From assembly GCA_964549615.1 (NCBI GenBank), contig CAZJVP010000036.1:1-52412 (forward strand): a stretch of DNA of 52,412 nucleotides. Direction: 5' to 3'. A program made the translations under genes and the position numbers. The stretch's first letter is position 1. Every line of letters begins with the position of its first letter. The notes under the pieces were generated by a model that saw only the letters and a list, made by a program, of their open reading frames with translations, did no database searches and was not told where the DNA came from. Of the stretch, positions 10,570 to 18,312 are shown piece by piece. The stretch is from an uncultured Thermococci archaeon (GTDB lineage Archaea; CAYQAE01; CAYVLA01).

Positions 10570-11316
10570 CTATGCCATCCCCCTGGACTCGAAGTACTCG
10601 AAGCTGATTTTGACGCTTTCCAGCGGAGGCCTCTTGCAGGTGTCTTGCTCGACGATGTACCACTGGGTGCCGACCTCTTCGCAGGCCCTAAAGATCGGCT
10701 CGAAGTCGATTATGCCGCGGCCGACCTCGGTGAAGAAGTGGTTCTTGTCCATGTCTTTTATGTGGACCAGGGGGACCCTGCCAGGGTACTTGCGAATGTA
10801 CGTTGCCGGGTCCACGCCTGCGTGCTGGGCCCACATGACGTCGATTTCGGCCATCACGTTCTGGGGATCGGTTCCTTCCAGGAGCCAGTCCATGATGTAC
10901 TTGCCTTTGATCGTCGTAAACTCCTGGGAGTGGTTGTGGTAGTACAGTTGGATTCCGTTCTTCTTCAGCTCCGCGCCAACCGAGTTGGCGTATTCGACCA
11001 TCGCGCGACATCCTGCCTCGTCCGTTGGAAGCTTTCCGTCCGGCAGACAGGGACCCCAGACCGCCTTGCACCCCAGCTCCTTGTTGAACTTGACCAGCTT
11101 CTTCAGGTCCCTCTCGCCCATGTGGTTTCCGGCAAGCTTGAGGCCAAGATCGGCAAGTAGGTCTCTCACCTCCCTGGGCGCCAGCGAGTAAGTCCCTGCG
11201 AGTTCCACTCCAGCATATCCGATCTCGGCCACCTTCTGCAGGGTGCCGGCAAAGTCCTTTGCGCAAAGCTCTCGCAGAGTGTACATCTGAAGGCCAACGG
11301 GGATCTTCTTCATCAT
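10570..11316 (-). CDS. Sugar phosphate isomerase/epimerase (xylose isomerase-like TIM barrel)
   Basis: VGLQMYTLR, YHNH..EF, EIDVMW, VHIKD, EVGRG.IDF and IVEQD. GGAGG precedes ATGATG. Confidence 0.9.
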   Translation of the reverse strand: MMKKIPVGLQMYTLRELCAKDFAGTLQKVAEIGYAGVELAGTYSLAPREVRDLLADLGLKLAGNHMGERDLKKLVKFNKELGCKAVWGPCLPDGKLPTDEAGCRAMVEYANSVGAELKKNGIQLYYHNHSQEFTTIKGKYIMDWLLEGTDPQNVMAEIDVMWAQHAGVDPATYIRKYPGRVPLVHIKDMDKNHFFTEVGRGIIDFEPIFRACEEVGTQWYIVEQDTCKRPPLESVKISFEYFESRGMA

Positions 11317-11525
11317 GCTGCCTCCATTGCGTCTTGCGACCAGCGAAGGCCCCGCGGTCGGCTCGCGCTCGAGCCGCAGGATCTTCGGCCCCATGAGCGA
11401 CGAGGGGTTTGATAATGTATCTTACGTTGCAGGGGGACGTTCCAAGCGATCGTCTGGGCAGTGCGGCAACCCGCCTCCCGAGCGCCATTGTCTTCATCCG
11501 TTCCCCCCGGCCTCCGGTGGGAATC

Positions 11526-11532
11526 TTTATAT
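11526..11532 (+). promoter_or_regulatory. Archaeal TATA box (TTTATAT) for the Lrp/AsnC gene
   Basis: AT-rich box in a GC-rich background, about 35 bp before ATG 11567. Confidence 0.6.
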
Positions 11533-11566
11533 GAGGAAGACCGCCAAAGCTGCGTGGGTTTTCCCC

Positions 11567-11824
11567 ATGGTCTGTGGATACGTGTTCATCAACACCGAAT
11601 TGGGAACAGCCGCAAGCGTAGCCGAGAAAGTCGGGAAGATAAAGGGAATCGAGACCGCGTGCGCCGTGACGGGGGACGTCGACGTGATTGCCCACTTCAA
11701 CGTCAAGGAAGTGTCGGACATCGCCACGGTCGTGGCCGACAAGGTGCACGCCGTAGAGGGGGTGCTGGCAACCCAGACCCTGATCTGCGTCTCGTGCCAC
11801 GGCGAGAAGTGCAAAGTCTGCTAG
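11567..11824 (+). CDS. Stand-alone Lrp/AsnC ligand-binding (RAM) domain protein with Cys-rich tail
   Basis: YVFIN..G, AVTGDVDVIA and V..VEGV..TQTLI. The tail is CVSCHGEKCKVC. Confidence 0.85.
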   Translation: MVCGYVFINTELGTAASVAEKVGKIKGIETACAVTGDVDVIAHFNVKEVSDIATVVADKVHAVEGVLATQTLICVSCHGEKCKVC

Positions 11825-11954
11825 CCCTTTTCCTCTCGAGGAGTGTGGCTGATCCAATCAGCCCCGCCAGCTTGCCCCGGAATCTTGACGCTGGGAGCTC
11901 TGCTGTGGTCCTTGTGTGGGGCCGACCAGGCGAGGGCGGGTTCCGGCTCAGATG

Positions 11955-12728
11955 CTAGTGTCTTGATATGAAGTCCTTCACCCAAGCGGCCTGGGCTTGG
12001 TGGCCGTCGATGAGAACGGTGCCCAAGATGGAGTAGCCGGAGATCGTGCCTGCCTTCAGATGGGTCAGGACCTTCTTCCACTGTTGGGCCAAAAGATGCA
12101 TCGACACCGGCGACGCGGTCGGGTAGTCGCGCAGATAGCACCCCATGATGATGGGCTTGTCGGGGAAGATCTCCCTGCAGCGGCGAAGGCCCTCATCCAG
12201 CTTGGGCAGGTCCTGAGCCCTCCAGATCCAAAGGTTGACGACATCGATGTAGGGAGAGTAGGGCATCCAGAATTCATGATCGAGTTCATGTGTGTAGACC
12301 ACGCACCAGAGCTTGAGGTTCCCGTTCCGGCTCTTGAGCGCGCGGTAGATCCCGGCATAGTCCGAGGGAGCGTAGTTCTCCCTCGTGATAAGGCCCTTCA
12401 TGTCGTCGTGGATGGCACCGGTTATGTTGGGGTATCTCACGGATAGTTCGCTGACCGTGCGTGCCTCCTCCCTGACCGATTGCGGCGAAGAGTCCACCCA
12501 ATTGGCGGTTCCGCCGTCCTCGGTGCGGCGCCATTTCCACTTCGAGATGTCGCACACTATCTCCTTCAGGTGCGCCATCTTTCGCATGGCAAGATCGTCG
12601 TTAGGGTGGAACATGTAGCAGGCCCTCTCAAGCCCGAAGTACTCAGCGCCCTCGCCCACGCCGAATATCGAGGGATAGACGCCCGGGTCCAGTCCCTGTC
12701 CTTCCCAGACCCAGCCGAAGTCCTTCAT
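11955..12728 (-). CDS. Hypothetical protein (possible TIM-barrel, glycosidase-like)
   Basis: Coherent ORF of about 257 aa with YPNITGAIHDD, LKLW.VVYTHEL, IDVVNLWIW and KPIIMGCY. No signal peptide. Confidence 0.65.
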   Translation of the reverse strand: MKDFGWVWEGQGLDPGVYPSIFGVGEGAEYFGLERACYMFHPNDDLAMRKMAHLKEIVCDISKWKWRRTEDGGTANWVDSSPQSVREEARTVSELSVRYPNITGAIHDDMKGLITRENYAPSDYAGIYRALKSRNGNLKLWCVVYTHELDHEFWMPYSPYIDVVNLWIWRAQDLPKLDEGLRRCREIFPDKPIIMGCYLRDYPTASPVSMHLLAQQWKKVLTHLKAGTISGYSILGTVLIDGHQAQAAWVKDFISRH

Positions 12729-12836
12729 GATTCCCAATTGCCCTGAGCCTCCTGTCCACGACGCTACTCAAGGATATGCATATGTGTTTCCGTGAAGTGC
12801 AGCAGCGCGAGCTGGAACCTGACGGCGCGCAACCCA

Positions 12837-12893
12837 ACGCTGATGGTCCGCAGGAAGCTCTACCGCGCCGTCGCGACCACGAGGGCAGCCTAG
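12837..12893 (+). pseudogene. 3' remnant of a GATase-like membrane protein paralog
   Basis: Translates as TLMVRRKLYRAVATTRAA*, matching the C-termini of the genes ending at 24298, 27922 and 36600. Upstream sequence is not homologous. Confidence 0.75.
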
Positions 12894-13634
12894 GTGTTCG
12901 TCTTGATCATGAGGGAGGCAGCCGGGATCATCGGCATCTCTTTGGTCGTGGGGCTCCTTGTGGTCGGGCTGGTGCCCAGAAGGGGGCCAGAGACGGATGT
13001 CAGTATGGTCTCCTCGACGTGTCCGGAGAGGTTCGAGAGATCGGTCGGGTCCAGCCCTGCGCTTTCCTTGGGCCTCGTCGCCAACCGTGACATGGTGCAG
13101 ATGAAGCTCGCCTTTTCCGCGATGGTCGAGGCAAATCCGAAGGCCTGGCTGAGCGAGGCGGGGGCATGGGTCTACGAAGACGATCTTGGGGAAGGCGCCA
13201 CTGGGCTCATTCCGATTGACCTCTGGCTGGAGCAGGCCGCCGTCCGAGGTTTGCAATCTGTCCCGCGGAAAGCGAGCGCGATCGTGAACAACACCGACTA
13301 CGATGCCTACCTTTATGACTTTAGGGACGTGTCGGGCGCTGGGCCGTGCATGGACGTCTTTGCCTTGCTCTTCAGGGACGGAAATCCCAGCAAGGCGTAT
13401 TGGGGATATGCGGATTTCTTCGTTGAGCGCGGCTCCACGATCGAATCCGTGAAGTTGGAGTGTGGGGACAGCTCGGAGCTTTACACGGCCAACCCCAAGG
13501 GCCATGAGCGTTCCATCAAGGATCTGCCGCCAAAGGGTCTTTTCGCCATTGGGCCCCTGTCGGAGGATGAGGAGGTCTTCGTGTCGATGGCTCTCAGGGG
13601 CCATCTTGTGCCGCCAGCCAGAAGCTGGCTTTGA
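12894..13634 (+). CDS. N-anchored hypothetical protein, paralog of 27081-27920; possibly truncated by a premature TGA
   Basis: N-terminal TM and colinear similarity to 27081-27920. The in-frame sequence after the TGA (to TAG 13694) still resembles the paralog's C-terminus. Confidence 0.7.
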   Translation: MFVLIMREAAGIIGISLVVGLLVVGLVPRRGPETDVSMVSSTCPERFERSVGSSPALSLGLVANRDMVQMKLAFSAMVEANPKAWLSEAGAWVYEDDLGEGATGLIPIDLWLEQAAVRGLQSVPRKASAIVNNTDYDAYLYDFRDVSGAGPCMDVFALLFRDGNPSKAYWGYADFFVERGSTIESVKLECGDSSELYTANPKGHERSIKDLPPKGLFAIGPLSEDEEVFVSMALRGHLVPPARSWL

Positions 13635-13782
13635 GCCTGCCGGGCGGAGGTGGACGGCCTGGCCGAGGAGATTTGGATCCTCTCAGCTCTGTAGCTGCCG
13701 GATTCCCCATCACTGTGTTTCTGCTCCTTCATGCGTTCCAGACAAAGCAGATATATGGCAACGCGGCTAGCGGCAATCGTGG

Positions 13783-14115
13783 ATGGCCGATTCTGAAGAC
13801 GCCACTCGACCATACGAGGAAGCCAAGTGCCCAAACTGTGGCCGCGCCATCGAGGAGGAGCAGCTGTTTTGCTCCGCGGAATGCGAGCGGGCGTGGATGA
13901 AGCGGGAGCTAGCAAAGGCGGAGTTTGAAGGGATATTCTTCTGTCCGAGGTGCGGTTCGACCAAGATGACGGTCGTGCTACCTGGGCTGATCTCGACCTG
14001 GAGGTGCAAGGAATGCGGCTACCAGGGCGGGCTGGCGGTCAAGGACGGCGAGATCCGGAACGCGATCCATAGGAAGTTCGAGGAGGCACGGGGGAAGAAG
14101 AAGGGCTCGGCCTAG
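13783..14115 (+). CDS. Double zinc-ribbon protein (DUF2116-like N-terminus)
   Basis: CPNCG..I.....FCS.EC and CPRCGS...WRCKECGY. TATA-like GATATAT lies about 30 bp upstream. Confidence 0.8.
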   Translation: MADSEDATRPYEEAKCPNCGRAIEEEQLFCSAECERAWMKRELAKAEFEGIFFCPRCGSTKMTVVLPGLISTWRCKECGYQGGLAVKDGEIRNAIHRKFEEARGKKKGSA

Positions 14116-14216
14116 TGCGACTCCTCGACGGGGCAACCACTACCGGCGATTCCCATCTTTCATCTCTTGATCTTGTGCCCGTCCCCAGTCTCCATCCTCG
14201 AATGCCGGCCCCCGGG

Positions 14217-14609
14217 CTACCTTCTGATTCTGCCCTCCGCGCAGCGGGCCTTCATCCTCTCCTCGTCCAGGCAGGCAACGAAGAAGAAGAGCAACACGAG
14301 GGCCCCAGCGTAAACAGGGGTCAGATGCACCAGGTATCTCCGCCACAGAACGTACGCAATGGCGGAGAATACGGCAAGCCCCACTAGGAAGACCAACAGG
14401 AGCTGCATGGCAGTCTTCATGGTGGTCTCGGATGACTCCCTGCCGCGAGTTCTCTCCTCTTCGGACCGTTCAGGCATCCGCAGCCCCTCCTGGCGGGCCT
14501 CAAACTCGGTCACGACCGGCTTCCTCCCGATCATCAGACCAAGGAGGGTGAGCACGATGGCGACGGTCGGCACTGCGACGAGTGCAAAAATGCCGATGTC
14601 TACGGACAT
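14217..14609 (-). CDS. Small membrane protein (about 3 TM)
   Basis: Three hydrophobic segments; GGTGGAG precedes the ATG. Confidence 0.6.
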   Translation of the reverse strand: MSVDIGIFALVAVPTVAIVLTLLGLMIGRKPVVTEFEARQEGLRMPERSEEERTRGRESSETTMKTAMQLLLVFLVGLAVFSAIAYVLWRRYLVHLTPVYAGALVLLFFFVACLDEERMKARCAEGRIRR

Positions 14610-14618
14610 TCTCCACCC

Positions 14619-14899
14619 TCATGGGCAGCCAAGGTCTATGGCCAGCATCAGCCGGGTAAGACTACGACGGTGTAGAGGAGCATCCCGAACGCGACGAGCG
14701 CGAACGGGGACGCCCCGCGCAGCAGTCCCGCGCCTGCGCCGATGAGTGCGACCGCGGTGACGGACTCCGCGGCGAGATGGAAGCCCATACGAACAGGTTC
14801 GATCGTGAGCTCCGGCACCTGTCCGGCCGTGATGAAGAACGCCCACTCGGCGACCATGAGGACACCGGTCACGACCGCACGCCAGCCCCCGAACCTCAC
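14619..14899 (-). pseudogene. Probably truncated small membrane protein; first gene after attC-B
   Basis: W.FF..AGQVPEL..EP....FHLAAE..TA and GMLLYTV...PG resemble a conserved 4-TM family, but the frame stops right after PG. A short hydrophobic tail (LMLAIDLG) is in another frame. Confidence 0.5.
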
Positions 14900-14923
14900 C
14901 CCGAGACCCCCTCGCGCCGGTCA

Positions 14924-15030
14924 ACCGAACGGTCTCGTGCTGAGCGGCGCCGCTCTTCTACCTCACAGAATATCACGCCTTGCGCCGATTCGGGCCACTG
15001 CGCGGCGTCCGCTCCAGCGACGTGTTGGGC
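14924..15030 (-). mobile_element. Integron attC recombination site (attC-B)
   Basis: Minus strand reads R'' GCCCAAC, 5-nt spacer, GCTGGAGCGGACGCCGC...GCGGCGCCGCTCAGC, then R' GTTCGGT. The arms pair except for two extrahelical bases (G, A). Length 107 bp, starting 26 bp after the cassette gene's stop. Confidence 0.85.
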
Positions 15031-15814
15031 CGCCGATCATAACGATCCACTGCGCGTCACGGGCCTGATCTACGGAGTCTCAAGCCTATCCAGATGAACG
15101 CGATCGGGGCCAGTATCACTCCTGCGCCCGCGCCGATTGTGCCGAGAGCTTCAACGCGGAGGACAGTGCCCGCCACGATAAGCCAGTAGGCGATCCCCCC
15201 GCCAAAACCCACGACGGAAAGCGGACGCGGCCAACGGTTCGCCTGCAGAGCAAGGGCATTGATGACGAGAAGCCACGCTCCGATCGCGCCATGGGTGATC
15301 CATCCGTGTGGATCGAGGAGGACTAGGTACAGGTTGCCAGCCGTCGCAGCCCTGGTTGCTGCATCTCCCGTCATGTACGTTTCCGCCATGTGAGGAATGA
15401 GGGCAATCTCGCGCAGGTACTGAACCGCAGTGACAGAGTAGCCCAGCATGGCTATGGCTGTCGCCCAGCGGAGCCAGCCTTCGTGGACGGGTCGCAGGAT
15501 GCGGGGTATGGCGATGACAACAGCGAGGCCGAGGATGGCACCAATGACGTTCGCGGAGTACTCAATCATGGCATACGTTGGCACTTCGGCGAATGACTCG
15601 AGGTAGGCGGCAGGATCGCCCCATGTCTGCTGCGCTAGGGGCATGAGCAGGAACGCTACTGCGGAGATGGGAAGCAGTACACCAGAAAGGATCGCGCATG
15701 TGCCGCCCAACTTCGTCAGGCTGCTGTTGACCATGTGATTCCTCCTGTCCTTGGGCGGGACGCGACCGCTTGGCAGTCTTCCGGCAGGACGGCGACGGGT
15801 CGGCCGCGGCCCAA
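14930..15814 (-). mobile_element. Integron-type gene cassette carrying one membrane-protein gene
   Basis: Begins TTGGGC, from the R' of attC-A. Its own R'' (GCCCAAC) is the exact reverse complement of GTTGGGC. Contains a single ORF. Confidence 0.8.
15057..15734 (-). CDS. DUF4386-like multi-pass membrane protein (cassette gene)
   Basis: About six hydrophobic segments and a WPR.L...G...G motif. AGGAGG precedes ATG 15734. Confidence 0.75.
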   Translation of the reverse strand: MVNSSLTKLGGTCAILSGVLLPISAVAFLLMPLAQQTWGDPAAYLESFAEVPTYAMIEYSANVIGAILGLAVVIAIPRILRPVHEGWLRWATAIAMLGYSVTAVQYLREIALIPHMAETYMTGDAATRAATAGNLYLVLLDPHGWITHGAIGAWLLVINALALQANRWPRPLSVVGFGGGIAYWLIVAGTVLRVEALGTIGAGAGVILAPIAFIWIGLRLRRSGP

Positions 15815-15908
15815 CGGCCTGGAGCTCAGCTGCCGGGCCAGCCAAATTCGCTTTCGGATTGGCCGCTTCTCCCCTGCTGGCCCGGTCAGCTGCAACGAGT
15901 TGATCATA
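15809..15908 (-). mobile_element. Integron attC site (attC-A) with damaged R'' box
   Basis: Minus strand reads [TATGATC]AACTC-GTTGCAGCTGACCGGGCCAGC...GCTGGCCCGGCAGCTGAGC-TCCAGGCC-GTTGGGC. It has the same extrahelical G and A as attC-B, but the R'' AAC is replaced by ATC. Confidence 0.75.
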
Positions 15909-15909
15909 T

Positions 15910-16021
15910 CTTTCAATTTCCTCTCAGTGGGACTTAGGGGTCACTCGTCCATAGGGGTGAACCAGCCCCACATGTTCAGCAACCCTTTCAATTCCCCCTC
16001 AGTGGAACTTAGGGGTCACTC
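15910..16021 (-). CRISPR. Orphan CRISPR mini-array: 2 repeats, 1 spacer
   Basis: 37-bp repeats at 15985-16021 (GAGTGACCCCTAAGTTCCACTGAGGGGGAATTGAAAG) and 15910-15946 (3 mismatches), with a 38-bp spacer at 15947-15984. ATTGAAAG 3' end and an internal CCCCT/AGGGG stem. Confidence 0.75.
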
Positions 16022-16140
16022 CGCGCTTCGGAAGTGCTCTGCCTTTTATAAAGCTACTGTGAAGATCGGGAAATCGGATCACCCTCTCCTAAGGTCTTCA
16101 CGCCCTTGCGCAATGCAGCATATTCCCGGACATCCCGAAT
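16022..16140 (-). promoter_or_regulatory. Putative CRISPR leader with TATA box TTTATAAAA (16044-16052)
   Basis: Non-coding, relatively AT-rich stretch. The TATA box lies about 23-31 bp before the first repeat. Confidence 0.6.
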
Positions 16141-16147
16141 AGGCGCC

Positions 16148-16764
16148 ATGCAGAACCATCTTTTGGGATCCGGCGTCGAGGAGATCAGGGCGTACGAGCA
16201 GGAGTTCCGCTACCCCTTCTATGGCTTCCGCCACGCCTATCCTCCCAGCACCTCGGCCATATGCAGGGACTGCTGGGCATGAACGGATACGATCGCGTCA
16301 GGGGCGAGATCTTCCTCGACTGGCCTCAGTTTGAGCCCATTCGACCCAGCCCAATCGAAGCCGGAATCGAGGTGCAGGTTGAGCTCCGGGAGGGGAAGGG
16401 TGAGATGCTGGGCGTGGAGGTCAGGGCACTGAAGGGCGAGGATCAGGTCGGCTTTTGCGGCTCCATATCCTGCGGGGAGTTCTCCCGCTCACCCGAAGTC
16501 TTCACCGACTCCCTCAGCGTAAAGGATGGTTATCAGGGCCGCGGCTTGGGCAAGCACATCCTCGGCCGCTCGCTGCAGGAGCCTCACAGGATAGAGTGCC
16601 GTAATGCCGCGATCAGCAACGATTGGAACGATCACCGTGCCCTTCTCCTTCATTCCAACTTCGACTGCCATGTCGTTGACTGGGCCTACTGCCTGAGTCG
16701 GCGCTGGCGGACCCGTTGCTCAACCGGCCTAGACGGGATTGCGGCACAGCCAGACGGGGCTTGA
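16148..16764 (+). pseudogene. GNAT acetyltransferase pseudogene (frameshifted, probably 5'-truncated)
   Basis: ...FRYPFYGFRHAY changes frame at about 16241 into SQHLGHMQGLLGMNGY, consistent with a 1-bp deletion. The acetyl-CoA motif is YQGRGLGK, and the C-terminus looks degenerate. Confidence 0.7.
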
Positions 16765-18312
16765 CCATGCCGTTATGCCTTGGTATCTTAGGCGGAGATA
16801 ATAGTACATGAATGGGGACGGGTCCCTGGGAGCACCCTCGATCCACAGGTTGCCGACATCGCGGTCGTCGGTGAAGGTGTAGAGGGTATGAACGTCCCTG
16901 ATCTTGAAGCTGTGTAAGAGTTCGTTGTTGCAGATAATCTCGAGGGTTGCTGGCAGCATGCTCGTGCAGACCTCAATCCTGATCGTTCGGGCAGGCTCTT
17001 GTGCTTCGCCCACCTCCAGCGTCCCTCCCATGGGGGTTGACTCGACCCAGAAATCGAGGATCGGCCTTGTTGAGGTCGTGGCATAGCAGCGCCGCTTCAT
17101 CAACGAGTCGAAGATCGCCTGCCTGGACAGTTCACGAGCATAGACGGCGGCAAGTCCCTGGTTGACCATCGAGTTGGCCGGATGGTGGTACGGACAAGGC
17201 AGGATCGAACATGGGCTGCCCGGCATGGTGTGGTGCGTGTCGCTTGAGCCTATCACGCCGTATCTGTACCCGAGCTTGAGGGCGTCCTGCAGGTAGGCTG
17301 GAGCGTCCGACTTGCCGCCCCTTAAGTAGAAATCGTCGTGCCTTGCCTCTGAGCTTCCCCACATGGAGAATACCTCGAGGACCGGCTCACGCGTGGGGTT
17401 GTAGTAGGGCAAAGTGAAGTTCCTGTACTTGGCCGCCCTTCCCGTGTGGTGGGGTATCGTCAGGTAGGGTTTTCCCTGGCGGTCCAGCCAGTCCCAGAGG
17501 ACATCGAGGCCGACCTTGGGCGAGGTCCCCTTCATATCCTCCCTGTCAAGCCAGAAGTACCCTGCGTCCGCGTCGAGGTAATAGACGTTTATGTCCCCTC
17601 CGTGATCCTTGGAGTGAGAGGATTCGAAGCCCAGCAGGGCGACGAAGTCCCCAGGCCGGTTGTGCTCCTCCGCAAGGGCCTTGATCCTTTCCCACCTCTC
17701 CCGGTTGAGGCCCCGCAGATGGTCGGTCACCGCTGCAAAATCCAGATGCGTCACCTGCCTGGCATACCAGTAGGCGAATTCGGGTTCCTTGGCGATATCT
17801 TCATGGCACCTGCCCAGGACGGAGTGGACGTGGATGTCGCCCCAAAAGAGCCTTTCGGAGGGGTTCTCGATCACCTTGGTTGGATTGCTTCGCGGTGGCT
17901 TGCCCGGGGATCCCTCGACCTCGCCCTCGACGTAGAGGACGCCAGGCTTGGTGGAACGGAGTCCAGCGATCGTCTTGATGCCGCGGTCTGCGGGAGAGAA
18001 CTTCAGCGTACTCGGAAGCTTGAGGCAGGGCTGCGATGGGTTGAGCTTCACGATTCCCCTGAAGCCCTCATCCGGCATGCCCGAGACGTTCAGCATGGTG
18101 ATCTTGAGCCGGAAAGGCTCGTCGACCCCCACGATCGACGGGAGGGTCATGAGCAGGATTCTCGACTCTCCCGCGATCTTCTCCTTCTCCTGAGGAAAGA
18201 GATCAAGGTAGGATTTCATCGCTTCCACCGCCTTCCTGCATTCGATTGCTGGAAGCGTGATAAGGCTTTCCGCGTGCCCGATGGACCGGAGCAGAAGGCC
18301 GGTTGCCCTCAC
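16729..18312 (-). CDS. DUF3604 / CehA-McbA-type PHP-like metallohydrolase
   Basis: FWGDIHVHS, AVTDH, IPHH, EVFSMWG, GSSDTH, RRCYATT and AWSSPVW. Alternative start at ATG 18219. Confidence 0.85.
   Translation of the reverse strand: MRATGLLLRSIGHAESLITLPAIECRKAVEAMKSYLDLFPQEKEKIAGESRILLMTLPSIVGVDEPFRLKITMLNVSGMPDEGFRGIVKLNPSQPCLKLPSTLKFSPADRGIKTIAGLRSTKPGVLYVEGEVEGSPGKPPRSNPTKVIENPSERLFWGDIHVHSVLGRCHEDIAKEPEFAYWYARQVTHLDFAAVTDHLRGLNRERWERIKALAEEHNRPGDFVALLGFESSHSKDHGGDINVYYLDADAGYFWLDREDMKGTSPKVGLDVLWDWLDRQGKPYLTIPHHTGRAAKYRNFTLPYYNPTREPVLEVFSMWGSSEARHDDFYLRGGKSDAPAYLQDALKLGYRYGVIGSSDTHHTMPGSPCSILPCPYHHPANSMVNQGLAAVYARELSRQAIFDSLMKRRCYATTSTRPILDFWVESTPMGGTLEVGEAQEPARTIRIEVCTSMLPATLEIICNNELLHSFKIRDVHTLYTFTDDRDVGNLWIEGAPRDPSPFMYYYLRLRYQGITAWSSPVWLCRNPV

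Noticed and set aside
11786-11800. CVSCH as a c-type heme attachment site
   Set aside because: The protein is a cytoplasmic Lrp-type domain with no export signal; metal binding is more plausible.
13632-13634. Selenocysteine or genetic-code reassignment at the in-frame TGA
   Set aside because: The paralog has Leu, not Cys, at this position. Many other genes here end normally at TGA, and the upstream gene is already a remnant.
14116-14620. A third attC after the 14899 or 14609 genes
   Set aside because: I found no ACCGAAC-type R'' box or paired L boxes there.
15780-15909. A third CRISPR repeat
   Set aside because: There is no repeat-like sequence one period (75 bp) further on; the region is explained by attC-A.
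15735-16142. 135-aa + strand ORF over the repeats
   Set aside because: Its duplicated peptide only reflects the CRISPR repeats and attC; no sign of real coding.
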